From a virus (taxonomy: Duplodnaviria > Caudoviricetes), in IMG/VR virus record IMGVR_UViG_3300029288_000174, positions 1,263 through 65,262 of that record: a stretch of 64,000 bases of DNA, one strand, 5' to 3'. Positions 36,524 to 46,712 of this stretch are shown here, one piece after another. Within the stretch, counting starts at the first letter, position 1. Each line of letters starts with the position of its first letter. The translations under genes and the position numbers were made by a program. Below the pieces are notes generated by a model. It was given only the letters and a program-made list of their open reading frames with translations. It searched no databases and was not told where the DNA came from.

Positions 36524-36591
36524 TGTGTATTCTCCTGTGTGTTTTGCGTAGTGCGGACGTTTGTGTCGCCCGATGGATGGTGTTGCCCGGC

Positions 36592-37074
36592 TTAGTGGCC
36601 GGTGTACATGCAGTGAACGAGCGAACCAGCCGCCACCAAGTCGGCAACGGCCTCCAACGCGATGAACGGTTCGCTTTCCGGCGTGCTGGCCGTGGCAATC
36701 AGGATGCCATCGCCATCGTTGACGATCAGCAAGGCGCCGATGGCCAGTGCATCGCCCGTGCCCGTGCCCGCAGCGGCCACAAGCATGTTCAACTCTTCAC
36801 CAGCAATCGGACAGTAGAGGAAGCAGCGGTCGCCATCGACATAGGCGTCCGTCGCAGTTTTTCCCTGCAAGTTGTCGGGAAGCAAGACGGCGATCAGTCG
36901 TTGATTGCCGTCGGCATCGGCGTTGAACACTTCCCACGTGTGCCGCCCGCCAACCGCCGCCGTCGCTGCCTTGATTTGCATGACGGTTCCCGGCTTCGGC
37001 GTCCCACTCACAATCCCCTCAAGGTACACGCCCTTCGGGTTTGCGCTCAGAACGATTTCGTTTCCTTTGGCCAT
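36592..37074 (-). CDS. Capsid decoration/cement protein
   Basis: Between scaffold and capsid genes; small and beta-rich. Confidence 0.65.
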   Translation of the reverse strand: MAKGNEIVLSANPKGVYLEGIVSGTPKPGTVMQIKAATAAVGGRHTWEVFNADADGNQRLIAVLLPDNLQGKTATDAYVDGDRCFLYCPIAGEELNMLVAAAGTGTGDALAIGALLIVNDGDGILIATASTPESEPFIALEAVADLVAAGSLVHCMYTGH

Positions 37075-37135
37075 TGGATTATCTCCGAACAGAATTTTGT
37101 TTGATGGTTTGTGAACGAAAGAAGCGGCCCGTCAA

Positions 37136-38518
37136 TCAGGCCCGCTTTTCATTGCTCCAGTCGATGGTCGGAAGCGGAAGGATGTCTCCGGCGTTCACCG
37201 TCGCTTGGTTGCGCGTTTGCGGTGCCGCCATGCCGGTGTAGAGCGGCAGCGGATCGGCCTGCTGATTGGCGACCGGCGCCAACGCCAACAGGTCTCGCAG
37301 TTCGTCCAGCGGCTTGTCCTTCAGCCGGTTGACGATCACTTCCTTGCGTTCGGCAGCGACGTTGGCCGTCAGACGTTCGATCAACGCGGAACGCTCCCGC
37401 TGTTCGATGGCCTTGGCGTTGGTGATCGCCGAGCGAATGCTGGCCGGAGCCTGCTTCATCCAGTCCTCTTCGGACATCTCGTTGCACGTCGCCTTGCCCT
37501 TGCCTGTGTCTTCTTCGTCTTCCTTACCGGCCTTCTTTTTGTCGAGGGCCTCTTGCAGGGCCGCCGGCATGGCGTTGATGGTGACGGTTTCGGGAATGCC
37601 AAACCCCTTGCGGGCCGCGTTGACAACGGCGTCACGCTCGGCAATCTTCGCCTTTTGCTCCGTGATCGTCTTGGCGTTGGCCTGCAATTTGGTCAACGCT
37701 TCGTCGCCGAGGTTGGTCAGCAATTCGCGGTCGGTTTCCTTCCATCCGCAATCGCCGCAGTTGGCAATCAGGTTATCCACGATCGCCTTTTTCTGGTCAA
37801 CGGTAAGTGCCATTGTGTGGCCTCCTCGATTCGTATTGTTCGTCGGCTGGCCGCCATCCGGCCCGCCCTGGTTACTTGTTTGGTCACTGGCAATGCCAAG
37901 CATGTTGCCGAGCATTTGCCACAAAGAGCGTTTGGTTGCGTCCGTCGCGTTGTCGGAATTTACCAACACGCCGCACCCGTCGCGGATGCTGCACGCCCCA
38001 ACTTGGTCCGGCAGAATCGCCAAGTGGTCCGGCCGATAGTTGCGAGCGATGAACTGATACGGCTTGCCGTTGTGGACCGCGCCTTCCGGGGCCGCTTCAT
38101 TATCCGTAAACAGGCCCGTACTCAGTTCGATCGGCTTGCCCGCTTCGAGATTGGCGAGGATTCGCGGCTCGACCTTACGCACAAGGTCGATGTCAATCCA
38201 GCCTTCGCTAACGAGCTTGTCTTTGTATTGCGTGTTGAATACAAAGCCGATGCCGAACTTGTTCAACACGGCGGGATTGCGGGCGCTGATTGCCGAGCCG
38301 TCGCCCGCCGTGGGATGGTTCACCACGATGGGCATGATGTTCCATGCGTCGGCGTTGCGACTGATTTCCTCGGGCGGATAGTACAACGCACCCTTGGAGC
38401 CGTTCAACACGCCCGGCACGATCGTCGTCAGCGGGACAACGAGAAACTCGCGGCCGTGCATCGTGTCGCGGCGAACTTTGCCCGTAGCATTGGAAACAAT
38501 TCGTTCCATGCCGGACAT
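37136..38518 (-). CDS. DUF2213 prohead protease/scaffold
   Basis: PIVVNHP, IELSTG, YRPDHLAILPDQVGACS; helical scaffold C-terminus. Confidence 0.85.
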   Translation of the reverse strand: MSGMERIVSNATGKVRRDTMHGREFLVVPLTTIVPGVLNGSKGALYYPPEEISRNADAWNIMPIVVNHPTAGDGSAISARNPAVLNKFGIGFVFNTQYKDKLVSEGWIDIDLVRKVEPRILANLEAGKPIELSTGLFTDNEAAPEGAVHNGKPYQFIARNYRPDHLAILPDQVGACSIRDGCGVLVNSDNATDATKRSLWQMLGNMLGIASDQTSNQGGPDGGQPTNNTNRGGHTMALTVDQKKAIVDNLIANCGDCGWKETDRELLTNLGDEALTKLQANAKTITEQKAKIAERDAVVNAARKGFGIPETVTINAMPAALQEALDKKKAGKEDEEDTGKGKATCNEMSEEDWMKQAPASIRSAITNAKAIEQRERSALIERLTANVAAERKEVIVNRLKDKPLDELRDLLALAPVANQQADPLPLYTGMAAPQTRNQATVNAGDILPLPTIDWSNEKRA

Positions 38519-38588
38519 TGTGCCAACTCAATACGCGAGTTGTAAAGAAGAAACCGGGCAGGACTAACCCTATAGGCGAAGGCAAATA

Positions 38589-38612
38589 AAACCGTAGAAA
38601 TTTCTACGGTTT
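38589..38612. promoter_or_regulatory. Perfect 24-bp palindrome (operator candidate)
   Basis: AAACCGTAGAAA|TTTCTACGGTTT with no loop, in the AT-rich intergenic gap. Confidence 0.6.
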
Positions 38613-38615
38613 GCG

Positions 38616-38876
38616 TTACTCGACAGCCGCCGCTAGCAACCGCACGTGCCGATAGCAGAGCTTCCTTTTCGTGCCGCACGCCTGAGAGAACTCACAGATT
38701 ACGTCTTCGCCGATCAGTCGCAGCACCTTCCTGATTCCCGTCAGGTGCCAGCGGACGGCGCTTTCCCCGCTCAGTTCGTCCGGCAGGCAAGCGTGAAGCT
38801 CGCACAGAAGATGGGGGCGGCCATCCGACAAGATTTTCAGAATGGCCCGCTGTGTTGCGGTGAATCGTTCTTCCAT
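38616..38876 (-). CDS. Winged-helix DNA-binding protein
   Basis: FTATQRAILKILSDGRPH....LH..L......AVRWHLTGIRKVL. Confidence 0.65.
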   Translation of the reverse strand: MEERFTATQRAILKILSDGRPHLLCELHACLPDELSGESAVRWHLTGIRKVLRLIGEDVICEFSQACGTKRKLCYRHVRLLAAAVE

Positions 38877-38890
38877 GATTGCGTTCGACG

Positions 38891-40006
38891 TTATTTCGCG
38901 TCGAGTATGCTTTCGGGACGATCGTCGTCGATCGTTACTCCTGCCCCACTCCAATTACTCCGGTCCCGCTGTTCGGCCAGTGTTCGCTTGGCCGGTGCCC
39001 TCGCCATCAGGCTTTCCTTGATTGATTCCCTGATGTCGCGTGGCTCGCGCGTTTGCCCCTTCTTCGGTTCCCCTACGTTCGCGGGGGTCCATGCGCAGCG
39101 GCAGCGCGGGTGCCTTGGCAACATGCCTCGGGCCTCTTCTATGGTCAATACGACGGTTTCCAGCGATGAACATTCCTCGCATACTTTTTCATCACCAGCC
39201 GTCAGCCACTCGACCATGACACCCACTTCCTCGACCCCCATTTCTTCCAGGGCGTCAAGCTGGCCCTCGGCGTGGCAACGAATGATTTCCGTGCGGGCGA
39301 TAACGTCGGCCCGCGTGCGGTCGATGCCGTCAACCACCTTGGCGATGGTCCGGCCGATGTCGCGTGGACTCTGCCCTTGTACCAGCCCGTCGGCCAGCGT
39401 GCGGGTGAGCTTCGTTGACATGCTCTCCGTCACGCCCTTCAGTTCCGTGAAGACGCGGCCAGCCAGCAGCTTGACTTTCTCGACAGCCACCGGGCGGGCA
39501 AAACTACTCCGCAAAAACTCTTCTTTCGTGCCACGATAGAAGCCCCGCGTGCTGTCATCCTCGGCGTATCCCTTCGCGTAGGGCTTGCGAGCGTCATCGA
39601 AGGCCCGACCGGCCCCCTTCGCGTATCCGTCTTGCACGTACCGCACAAACCATTGATCGGACAAATCGGCAATTCGATCCTCGATGATGTCGAGGGCGAT
39701 TTGCGACCTCAGCCACTTGCGGAATGCCTCGACCTTCTTAAACGACGAATCGGGATCGAACAGGCCCGCGTTATCGGTCACGTTGAACGCCAATCGCGGC
39801 CCGATCCCCAACGCATCATCCTCAACGATCAACTTTAGCATCGCACGCTTCAGCCGCGTGAACCGCCGGTTCAATTCGGCGGTGAACTGCCGCCGGATCG
39901 TTCCGGTTCGCGTCGGATCGACCCGCAGCGGGTTCGGCTTGCGGGCGTTGCGAACGGTCGAATTGTGGCAAAGACAGCTTGGCATGGTGTCGATTCCTTG
40001 CGTCAC
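38891..40006 (-). CDS. Minor head protein (Mu F / SPP1 gp7-like)
   Basis: RADVIARTEIIRCHAEG, VEWLTAGDEKVC..C, PRHPRCRC. Confidence 0.9.
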   Translation of the reverse strand: MTQGIDTMPSCLCHNSTVRNARKPNPLRVDPTRTGTIRRQFTAELNRRFTRLKRAMLKLIVEDDALGIGPRLAFNVTDNAGLFDPDSSFKKVEAFRKWLRSQIALDIIEDRIADLSDQWFVRYVQDGYAKGAGRAFDDARKPYAKGYAEDDSTRGFYRGTKEEFLRSSFARPVAVEKVKLLAGRVFTELKGVTESMSTKLTRTLADGLVQGQSPRDIGRTIAKVVDGIDRTRADVIARTEIIRCHAEGQLDALEEMGVEEVGVMVEWLTAGDEKVCEECSSLETVVLTIEEARGMLPRHPRCRCAWTPANVGEPKKGQTREPRDIRESIKESLMARAPAKRTLAEQRDRSNWSGAGVTIDDDRPESILDAK

Positions 40007-41541
40007 GGCGTTGTTGGCGGTTGCGGGGTTCCGTCACCATCCACGGCTGGCGGCAGCGGATCTGCGTTGGCGTCGGTCCCGCCGCCCGTCAGTGCATCGT
40101 GAATATCGCCGGCGTCTTTGTCTTCCTTCCGCAGCATGTCGAGCGTGGACTCCAAAATCTGCCGTGCCTCGGTATCGGGAATACCCAGTATCCTGGTCAG
40201 GAAGTAGAGCGGCGTAATCAGCGACTCGACGCCACCCTGTACGTACTTGACCAGAGCGTCCGTTCTGGATACCGCCACCGTGGCCTGCTCTTGCAGCGTC
40301 AGGCGTTCGGTGTCCGACCACACGACGGAATACTGGTCCGGCGCTGGAAGCACCCCGAGCGATATCAGTCGGTCCACCAGCGGGACGATCAGCCGTGACG
40401 TGAGATAGCGATTACGCCGCGACTGGAGCCGGTCACTCCACGCCTGAGCGTCTTGCGTGCTGGCCAGTTCGCCCCGTTCGCTACCCAAAAATATTCGCTT
40501 GGGGACGCCCCGATTGATGCAAATGGCGTCGAGGTGGACATTGATCTGCGGCGTTGGGTCAACCACCGTAGGGGACAGCGTTTTGGCCGTCATTCCCATC
40601 AGCGACAAGTATCGCTGCAAGCCGTTCATGTAGTTTTCCATCGTGTCTTGCAACGCACTCTGGTCGATGGCCACGTCGCCGCCTAACTGCGGGTGCGTTT
40701 CCAAGCTGACGCCGGGGAAGGCACCACGCCAGTACATTTCGGCCGACCCACCGTAGAGCTTGCGTAGGTCCATGAGCCGATTGAACACCGGCCGCATCCT
40801 CGGCACGCCGAAAATCTCACTGCTGCCAAGGTCGCCAGCCACGTGAATCACTCGGGTCCAGTGAACATTCACAGTGGCGGTTTGCGCTCCGATGCCGCCC
40901 TTGTTGCCGTCGGACGGATCGGACAGGGACACCTGATACATCGTCGGCTGGCCGTACCGTGGGCTGTTTTTGTCGGTCTCGTAACTGAGAATCGGTGCCA
41001 TCGCTTCGTCGAACGGCCGCAAGTACAGTAGCTTGCGAGTTGGCGATTGCTTTTCGCCCAGTTCTGCCGGTTGGTCGAGTGGCTTCCCATCGTCGATCCC
41101 CATCAACAAGATGCCGTAGCTGCCGATCCCGCTCAGTTCGTCGAGACGACATAGGTAATCCCACAACGGGTTCTGCTCGCCCTCCGCCTGATACCAACTC
41201 TTGCCCCGCAGCGAATTGCACACTGCATCGAATGTCTGCTCGAATGGCGTTTCTGTATCGACATCCTCATCCTCATAGACTTCCGGCAGCACCTTCCACG
41301 ATTCGTGGGGCATGATGGCGACCACCTGGGCCGCAACCGGGTCGCGGTCGTACCAGTCGCGGTACTGTTGCGGCGTGATGTTGGCCGTGTCAGGGTAGCC
41401 GCACTCTTGATCGTAGTCGCGTCGCGGGTCGATCAGCTTTTGCAGCAGTTGCGACCGCGACGAAGAGGCGTTGTCAACAATCTCGCGGAACTGATTCAGT
41501 GCGATGGGGTCGGTAAACGCGAAGCCGCCAGTCGTTGCCAT
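40003..41541 (-). CDS. Portal protein (DUF1073/anti-CBASS Acb1-like family)
   Basis: Follows terL; LSGIGSYGILLMG, HWTRVIH, GVPKRIFLGSERGELAST. Confidence 0.85.
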   Translation of the reverse strand: MATTGGFAFTDPIALNQFREIVDNASSSRSQLLQKLIDPRRDYDQECGYPDTANITPQQYRDWYDRDPVAAQVVAIMPHESWKVLPEVYEDEDVDTETPFEQTFDAVCNSLRGKSWYQAEGEQNPLWDYLCRLDELSGIGSYGILLMGIDDGKPLDQPAELGEKQSPTRKLLYLRPFDEAMAPILSYETDKNSPRYGQPTMYQVSLSDPSDGNKGGIGAQTATVNVHWTRVIHVAGDLGSSEIFGVPRMRPVFNRLMDLRKLYGGSAEMYWRGAFPGVSLETHPQLGGDVAIDQSALQDTMENYMNGLQRYLSLMGMTAKTLSPTVVDPTPQINVHLDAICINRGVPKRIFLGSERGELASTQDAQAWSDRLQSRRNRYLTSRLIVPLVDRLISLGVLPAPDQYSVVWSDTERLTLQEQATVAVSRTDALVKYVQGGVESLITPLYFLTRILGIPDTEARQILESTLDMLRKEDKDAGDIHDALTGGGTDANADPLPPAVDGDGTPQPPTTP

Positions 41542-41544
41542 GAT

Positions 41545-42039
41545 CTATTCTCCCTTGTGTATGGTTGGTGGCGTTTCGGACAATTCCGTCAACGCCGATT
41601 CGCAATCGTGTAATTCCTGCCGAAAAAGTTCTACTTGCTGAGTCAAGGTATCTAGGTCGATGTCAGTCGAAACCGTGTGGGCCATGCCCGCTTCGTCCGA
41701 TTGCCGAAATGCCTGCTGTAGCGGCAGGCTCTTGGCGTCCTGCCATCGTTGTAGGCCGGTCAATCGCCGTTCGGCATACAGTAGTCGCTGCCGTGCGTTT
41801 TCGTGGCGGATCGACCAATATGCGTGCTTCCGTGTGGCCAGTTCGCTTGGCGACTCTGCCGGCGGCCACTCGGGTCCGGCGTAGTCGGTCGCACTGTATT
41901 GCCAGCCATCGCTAAACAGCAGCCGCCCGGCGTGCATTACCGGCTCGCCGTGTGCTTGGCAGAATCGCAGAAAATACGCCCGCCAGTCGAGGCGAATCTT
42001 GATCGTGCCGTCGTTGGCGTTGTGGATTGCCACTAACAC
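41545..42039 (-). CDS. Hypothetical protein
   Basis: Between terL and portal. Confidence 0.55.
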   Translation of the reverse strand: MLVAIHNANDGTIKIRLDWRAYFLRFCQAHGEPVMHAGRLLFSDGWQYSATDYAGPEWPPAESPSELATRKHAYWSIRHENARQRLLYAERRLTGLQRWQDAKSLPLQQAFRQSDEAGMAHTVSTDIDLDTLTQQVELFRQELHDCESALTELSETPPTIHKGE

Positions 42040-43610
42040 ACCCCTGCCGTCGCTTGGTGACGTTTTCGCGTGCGATGGAATTCGGCCATTGCCACGGAAT
42101 CGGCTTCGTCCGGGCTACAGCCGATCAGTTCCGTCAGAGACTTTTCGTTGCTGTCTGGATTGTTTTTGTACTTCGGCAGCAATCGCATCCTACCCTCGCT
42201 GTCGTAGGTCAACGGTATCGGCGATAACTGTTCCCGCAACGACGCCTTGCTGTCCAGGCGCCGACGATTCAGCAGACCAGCAGGCAGTGCGAAACTGCCA
42301 ACCAGCCTACCGTTTTGATCGACGGTTTTCAATCGCAGTCGCAGCACGCCATACATCTCGGCCCGCCTGTTTTTGTAGACGTACCGAACCTCGGCATCTT
42401 CCTTGCGACTGGCGAGTGGCTTGACACCATGACGGATTTCCGGCGTGGCCGACTCGCCGAAGGCCACGGTCGCCACCTTGTAGCCCATCAGTCGCAACCG
42501 GTCGGCATGTTGCTTGCCGCCGCCGCCGATGTCGAACAGTATGTTTTCCGGCATGAGGTGGTATTCACGCATCAATGCTAGCGTCCGGCCGACAATTTCC
42601 GTGGTGTCGGGCGTTTTCTTCGATTCCAGGTGCAATAGGCCGCGTTCGTCCACAATGGCCCATGCCGTGTTGTCGCCGCCTTGTGCCGAATCGACCGCCA
42701 TCGACGCGCCCCGCGTCCTGGTCGGCAGCGTGGCCGCATAGGCTTCGGCCGCGTCTAGCCACGCCGGCGGGAACATGAGCAATTCCGCACCCTCATAGAA
42801 TCTCGCGTCGAGACATACGCACTGCTGGATTTCGTCCCACTGACTGCGGTTTTTCAGGTAGTCGGGGTACGACTTCACGCCCGGAACGACAATCTCGTTG
42901 GTTACTGGCACGCCCGCCTTGACCTGATTCATGGCCAGCCGCACGTTCGGCGAATCCTCGGCACGAATACGAATCACGCGGCGGTAGCATCGCGTCCCAT
43001 CCTCGGAAAACTTGTCGCCGCCCTTCACGCCGCGATGGAAGAAGTTGCGGCACGGCCACGTATTGCCGATAATCAAGGCCCGGTTGAACCAGGTCGAGGC
43101 CATCGTATAGTAGGAATCGGACACGCTGCTGGATTCGTCGCACACAAACAGCGTGCGGGGAACGCCGTCGCCCGTGTTGGCAATATGGTGCCCCTGCATG
43201 GCCGCAATGCTGTCGCGGCTCGCCACCAGGCCCGTGACGTAGCTGAGCGGACACTGCTGTCCCGCCCGTATCTTGCGAAGATCGTGATGGTTGACCACCA
43301 GCGGCCCGCCCGATTTGGCGTCGAGCGGGTACTTCGCCTTCTGAATGAAGTGGCCGATTTCGCCCCACAACACGCGAAGATGGTCATCTTTTGCACTGGT
43401 GGTTACGATTCGGCACGGGTGGCGAGTGAGAAAGAAGCAAAGCACGATGAACGCGGCCACGAAATCCTTGCCGAGCATGTTACCGGCCGGCACTACGGTT
43501 TCATCGTCGTTCCACACAGATTCGATGATTTGCCGCTGCTCACGGTAGAACGTGACATCCGGCCAAAGCCACTGCTTGAACGCCAGCGGGTTGACGATTC
43601 TCTTCGTCAT
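42033..43610 (-). CDS. terL: Terminase large subunit
   Basis: Walker A PAGNMLGKD, Walker B FVCDES, nuclease AVDSAQGGDNT, CSPDEADS. Confidence 0.9.
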   Translation of the reverse strand: MTKRIVNPLAFKQWLWPDVTFYREQRQIIESVWNDDETVVPAGNMLGKDFVAAFIVLCFFLTRHPCRIVTTSAKDDHLRVLWGEIGHFIQKAKYPLDAKSGGPLVVNHHDLRKIRAGQQCPLSYVTGLVASRDSIAAMQGHHIANTGDGVPRTLFVCDESSSVSDSYYTMASTWFNRALIIGNTWPCRNFFHRGVKGGDKFSEDGTRCYRRVIRIRAEDSPNVRLAMNQVKAGVPVTNEIVVPGVKSYPDYLKNRSQWDEIQQCVCLDARFYEGAELLMFPPAWLDAAEAYAATLPTRTRGASMAVDSAQGGDNTAWAIVDERGLLHLESKKTPDTTEIVGRTLALMREYHLMPENILFDIGGGGKQHADRLRLMGYKVATVAFGESATPEIRHGVKPLASRKEDAEVRYVYKNRRAEMYGVLRLRLKTVDQNGRLVGSFALPAGLLNRRRLDSKASLREQLSPIPLTYDSEGRMRLLPKYKNNPDSNEKSLTELIGCSPDEADSVAMAEFHRTRKRHQATAGVC

Positions 43611-44218
43611 AGTGCCTTTTCATCCCGCTCCATGAGCAGTGGGGCCATTACCCGCTGTTCAACCACGTCCACGTCAATCGGCTGTTCGCAGAGCTTATCC
43701 CACGGCGATACTTCCACCCGGACGCTGCTCTTGTCGGGTGCGAACAGACCCTTGTGCTTCATGGCCATGTCAATGGCGGCTGCCTTCGGACTGAGCTTTA
43801 ACTGCGTCGTAATCGTTCGCTCGCCAGTCTCGGGATCAACCGTTACCGTCTGCTTAAAGCCGTCAACGGCCGCCCGGGCACGGTCGGGGAGCTTATTGAT
43901 TGGCAGCAATTCGCCCGTATCGTCCACAAACTCCAGCACGTCGCGGGTGGCAACGTAGTAGAGCTGCTTCAGCACCTCCCGGCGTGACAGTCTAAGTACC
44001 CGCACATCGCCCCGCTGGAGGATTTCCATATACTCACGGAGTAGCGGAATCTTGAGCAAATTGGTCGCGTGCGTGCTGGCGCTACGCGCACTGTAGCCGG
44101 CCCGAATGGCGGCTTGCATACCGTTGAAATCAATCAGGTACTCAGCCGCGAATCGCTTCTGGCGTTCGTTGAGCCGGTTCTCGGCACGCATCAGCTTTTT
44201 GGTTCTCTTTTTGGCCAT
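43607..44218 (-). CDS. terS: Terminase small subunit
   Basis: LNERQKRFAAEYLIDFNGMQAAIRAGYS. Confidence 0.92.
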   Translation of the reverse strand: MAKKRTKKLMRAENRLNERQKRFAAEYLIDFNGMQAAIRAGYSARSASTHATNLLKIPLLREYMEILQRGDVRVLRLSRREVLKQLYYVATRDVLEFVDDTGELLPINKLPDRARAAVDGFKQTVTVDPETGERTITTQLKLSPKAAAIDMAMKHKGLFAPDKSSVRVEVSPWDKLCEQPIDVDVVEQRVMAPLLMERDEKAL

Positions 44219-44451
44219 AACCGCTTATGGGCTTGCGACAATCAAGCCACATTATAGCAAATGGGGTACGTTGATTTCCTAGTTGTCGTTGTGCTTTCCG
44301 CTCCCAACATGGCAGAGCATATCGAACAGACATCCGCACTGTCTTTTCCACCGCCGCCTCTCGGCCCGGTCAATCAACCAGACCGGCAGCCAGAATGTCG
44401 TGGCTGTGAGTAAGCCGATGATGAAGCCAAGCGTAAACCATTGGTCAGGTG

Positions 44452-44718
44452 TCATTGGCCTGTTTCTCCAGTCGCTAGTCTCTCCGTTTCGGCGTCGTAG
44501 GCTGCATCCTCGTCATAGTCAGTGCTACATGGTCCCTCTCCCGCTGGAAATCCCGGTGGGTGCCACGTTGCCGGGCGTTTACCTCGAAGCTGCCGAATCA
44601 CCGTCTCACGCCTGTCGAGTTCGGCAAGCACAACTTTCTCTGCGCAGCAGACATCGCATTGGCAAAAAACGCTCTTACATTCATTCAGCAAAATCTCTTT
44701 CGCTTCGTCAATCGTCAT
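44452..44718 (-). CDS. Hypothetical protein
   Basis: Coupled small early gene; CQCDVCC motif. Confidence 0.5.
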   Translation of the reverse strand: MTIDEAKEILLNECKSVFCQCDVCCAEKVVLAELDRRETVIRQLRGKRPATWHPPGFPAGEGPCSTDYDEDAAYDAETERLATGETGQ

Positions 44719-44911
44719 TGGATTTTTCCTCTTCTTTAGCCCACGCCAATATCCGCAACTGCCAGTCGCCGAATACTTCCAGCCATTCGAGTGCCGTCAG
44801 TTCGCCGACCTTCTTTGTTGCCCGGTCCATTGCCTCGGTGATTTCCATCCTGGCGAACAGTATCCTCTTGCGGCTCTCCATTTCGGCGTTGGTGATTGTG
44901 CGTTTGCTCAT
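44708..44911 (-). CDS. Hypothetical protein
   Basis: GGAGG RBS; overlaps the next gene. Confidence 0.55.
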   Translation of the reverse strand: MSKRTITNAEMESRKRILFARMEITEAMDRATKKVGELTALEWLEVFGDWQLRILAWAKEEEKSNDD

Positions 44912-44914
44912 TGT

Positions 44915-45199
44915 CTAATCCTCCGCTCTCACGTACCGCACGGTGCCGATGCAGCCGATGCCCCTGAAACTCTCGGCTGAATCCCTAGTCATGTACATAG
45001 GCGCAAACCCGTTGTCGTAGAAGTTCACCCAGCCCTCTTTCGGCCAGACCGGCTTCTGCTCGGGCTTTGTCGGCCCCGCAATCTTGGCCTCCAGTTCGCG
45101 GACTTCCGCTTCCAGTTTTCCGATGCGGCAGTCGCAGGTACGATTCATCATGGCTCTTTTTCCTTTCTTTGGGTTGTAATGAACACTCACTCCGGCCAA
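44915..45199 (-). CDS. Hypothetical protein
   Basis: Small early gene; start uncertain. Confidence 0.45.
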   Translation of the reverse strand: MAGVSVHYNPKKGKRAMMNRTCDCRIGKLEAEVRELEAKIAGPTKPEQKPVWPKEGWVNFYDNGFAPMYMTRDSAESFRGIGCIGTVRYVRAED

Positions 45200-45462
45200 C
45201 TCACCACAACATTGCTGCCGACATGCTCGTCGGCGGAGCCGCGTGCGATGCGTATCACCAGGTAGTCGTAGCCATCGTCTAGGTTGTTTTTGCTGCCCGG
45301 CGGCAGTCCAAACGATGCGCCGACAAGTTTTCCAGTCTTAGCCCGCTGATCAAGCGATGCGAGTTTCGCCTCCAGTTCGCGGGCGCGGCACCAGGGGCAG
45401 CTATTGTTATTCGGACGGCAATCAAGCCAACGCCCGCCGCACTTTTCACAAACCAGGTTCAT
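45187..45462 (-). CDS. Hypothetical protein with CxxC motifs
   Basis: ATGA coupling. Confidence 0.55.
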   Translation of the reverse strand: MNLVCEKCGGRWLDCRPNNNSCPWCRARELEAKLASLDQRAKTGKLVGASFGLPPGSKNNLDDGYDYLVIRIARGSADEHVGSNVVVSWPE

Positions 45463-46049
45463 GGTTTCTTCCTTTCTTCAATCTCGGCAATGATCGACGC
45501 CACGGACGGACGGTACTTTCCGTGCGTCCACGACAGCGGTTCATTGGCCTTTAGATAATCATTGACCGCTTTTTCTGCCGCCTCATAGTCGCCTGGAAGC
45601 TCGGCATCACCAGAGATGTAGTTACTCAAATGCTCGGACAAATCAAAGAACCCGGGGTGGTGCGGCTCGGCAAACAGCAGCCGCAAGTCCTCGATCTGCT
45701 CGGCAGTTGGCGTGTCTGTCTCCATGTGGTCAAGTAGATCGTCTAGACTCCAAAACCACTTGTCGTCATTGTCGCAACACAGGGGAGCCTTGCCGTCCCA
45801 CTCCCGTTCCTCGCGGGCGTAGTAGCGTTCGGTGTCGGCTTTTGCGCGACAGGCGTCACACTTCACGTAATGCTTGTCGACGCGGCCTCCACACTCACAC
45901 GGTCGTGTCGTACAGCAGCAGTAGCTCGCCATGTGCTTGGCACTGTCATCATACCCGTACCATCGCTTGCACGTCTTGCAAATCCATCCCGTGACGGTTG
46001 CTTGCTCGGCGTTGTCCTCGTACCGAATCACTGTATCAGGCGTTTTCAT
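45459..46049 (-). CDS. Hypothetical Cys-rich protein
   Basis: CKTCK, CCCTTRPCECG, CDAC; flanked by 21-bp direct repeats. Confidence 0.6.
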   Translation of the reverse strand: MKTPDTVIRYEDNAEQATVTGWICKTCKRWYGYDDSAKHMASYCCCTTRPCECGGRVDKHYVKCDACRAKADTERYYAREEREWDGKAPLCCDNDDKWFWSLDDLLDHMETDTPTAEQIEDLRLLFAEPHHPGFFDLSEHLSNYISGDAELPGDYEAAEKAVNDYLKANEPLSWTHGKYRPSVASIIAEIEERKKP

Positions 46050-46070
46050 GGTTTCTTCCTTTCTTTTCGC

Positions 46071-46712
46071 TTACCGTAACGTCAGCATCGCCGGGTTTAG
46101 TACACTGCCTCTCTCGTTGGCCTTTTCGCCTTCGGTCCCAATCTGCACATCAAGATTGTGCCAACGTCGCAACTCCTCGCCATGTTGCCAGCAATCCGCT
46201 AGCACCCGCACAGCAAAGCCGTACATGGCCCCAGTGATGCCCTCGTCGTCGGCAATGCGTGAGGCTTCCTCGGCACATTCGGCGATTGCGGACCCTACCG
46301 CAATTCGCGTCTGCATGATACGCGCCCACTTCTCTGCGTAATCGACGACCGCCTTGCCGTAGCCGTCCTGGTTGGCCAGTTCCCGTGATTTCCATTTCAG
46401 TTCATTGCGTAGCATGATCGGCGGCGCATCCGCCAAGATCGCCGCCAACGTCGCACGCTTCTCGGCTTCCTTCCTCGCCCACTCCGCACGCTGGGCAATC
46501 ACCTCCGGGCGGGCGTTGTATTCTTCGCTGCGCCGCCTTGATTCTGTGTCGTAGTGGAGCGTGATGTCCTCGGCAGCGCAGCCTGGTACTGCTGTCAGTT
46601 CGATTTCATTGAATGAACACGTGACCTGTTCGCCGGTGTCGTTGGCTAGCTGCACCATACGTCTGGCGGTTTCGCTGACATGTTCGCCGCAATGTGCTTC
46701 AAGTGTTCGCAT
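46071..46712 (-). CDS. Hypothetical protein
   Basis: AAGGAG RBS before ATG 46712. Confidence 0.6.
   Translation of the reverse strand: MRTLEAHCGEHVSETARRMVQLANDTGEQVTCSFNEIELTAVPGCAAEDITLHYDTESRRRSEEYNARPEVIAQRAEWARKEAEKRATLAAILADAPPIMLRNELKWKSRELANQDGYGKAVVDYAEKWARIMQTRIAVGSAIAECAEEASRIADDEGITGAMYGFAVRVLADCWQHGEELRRWHNLDVQIGTEGEKANERGSVLNPAMLTLR

Noticed and set aside
37205-38545. 446-aa + strand ORF
   Set aside because: Antisense shadow of the DUF2213 gene in GC-rich DNA; no motifs
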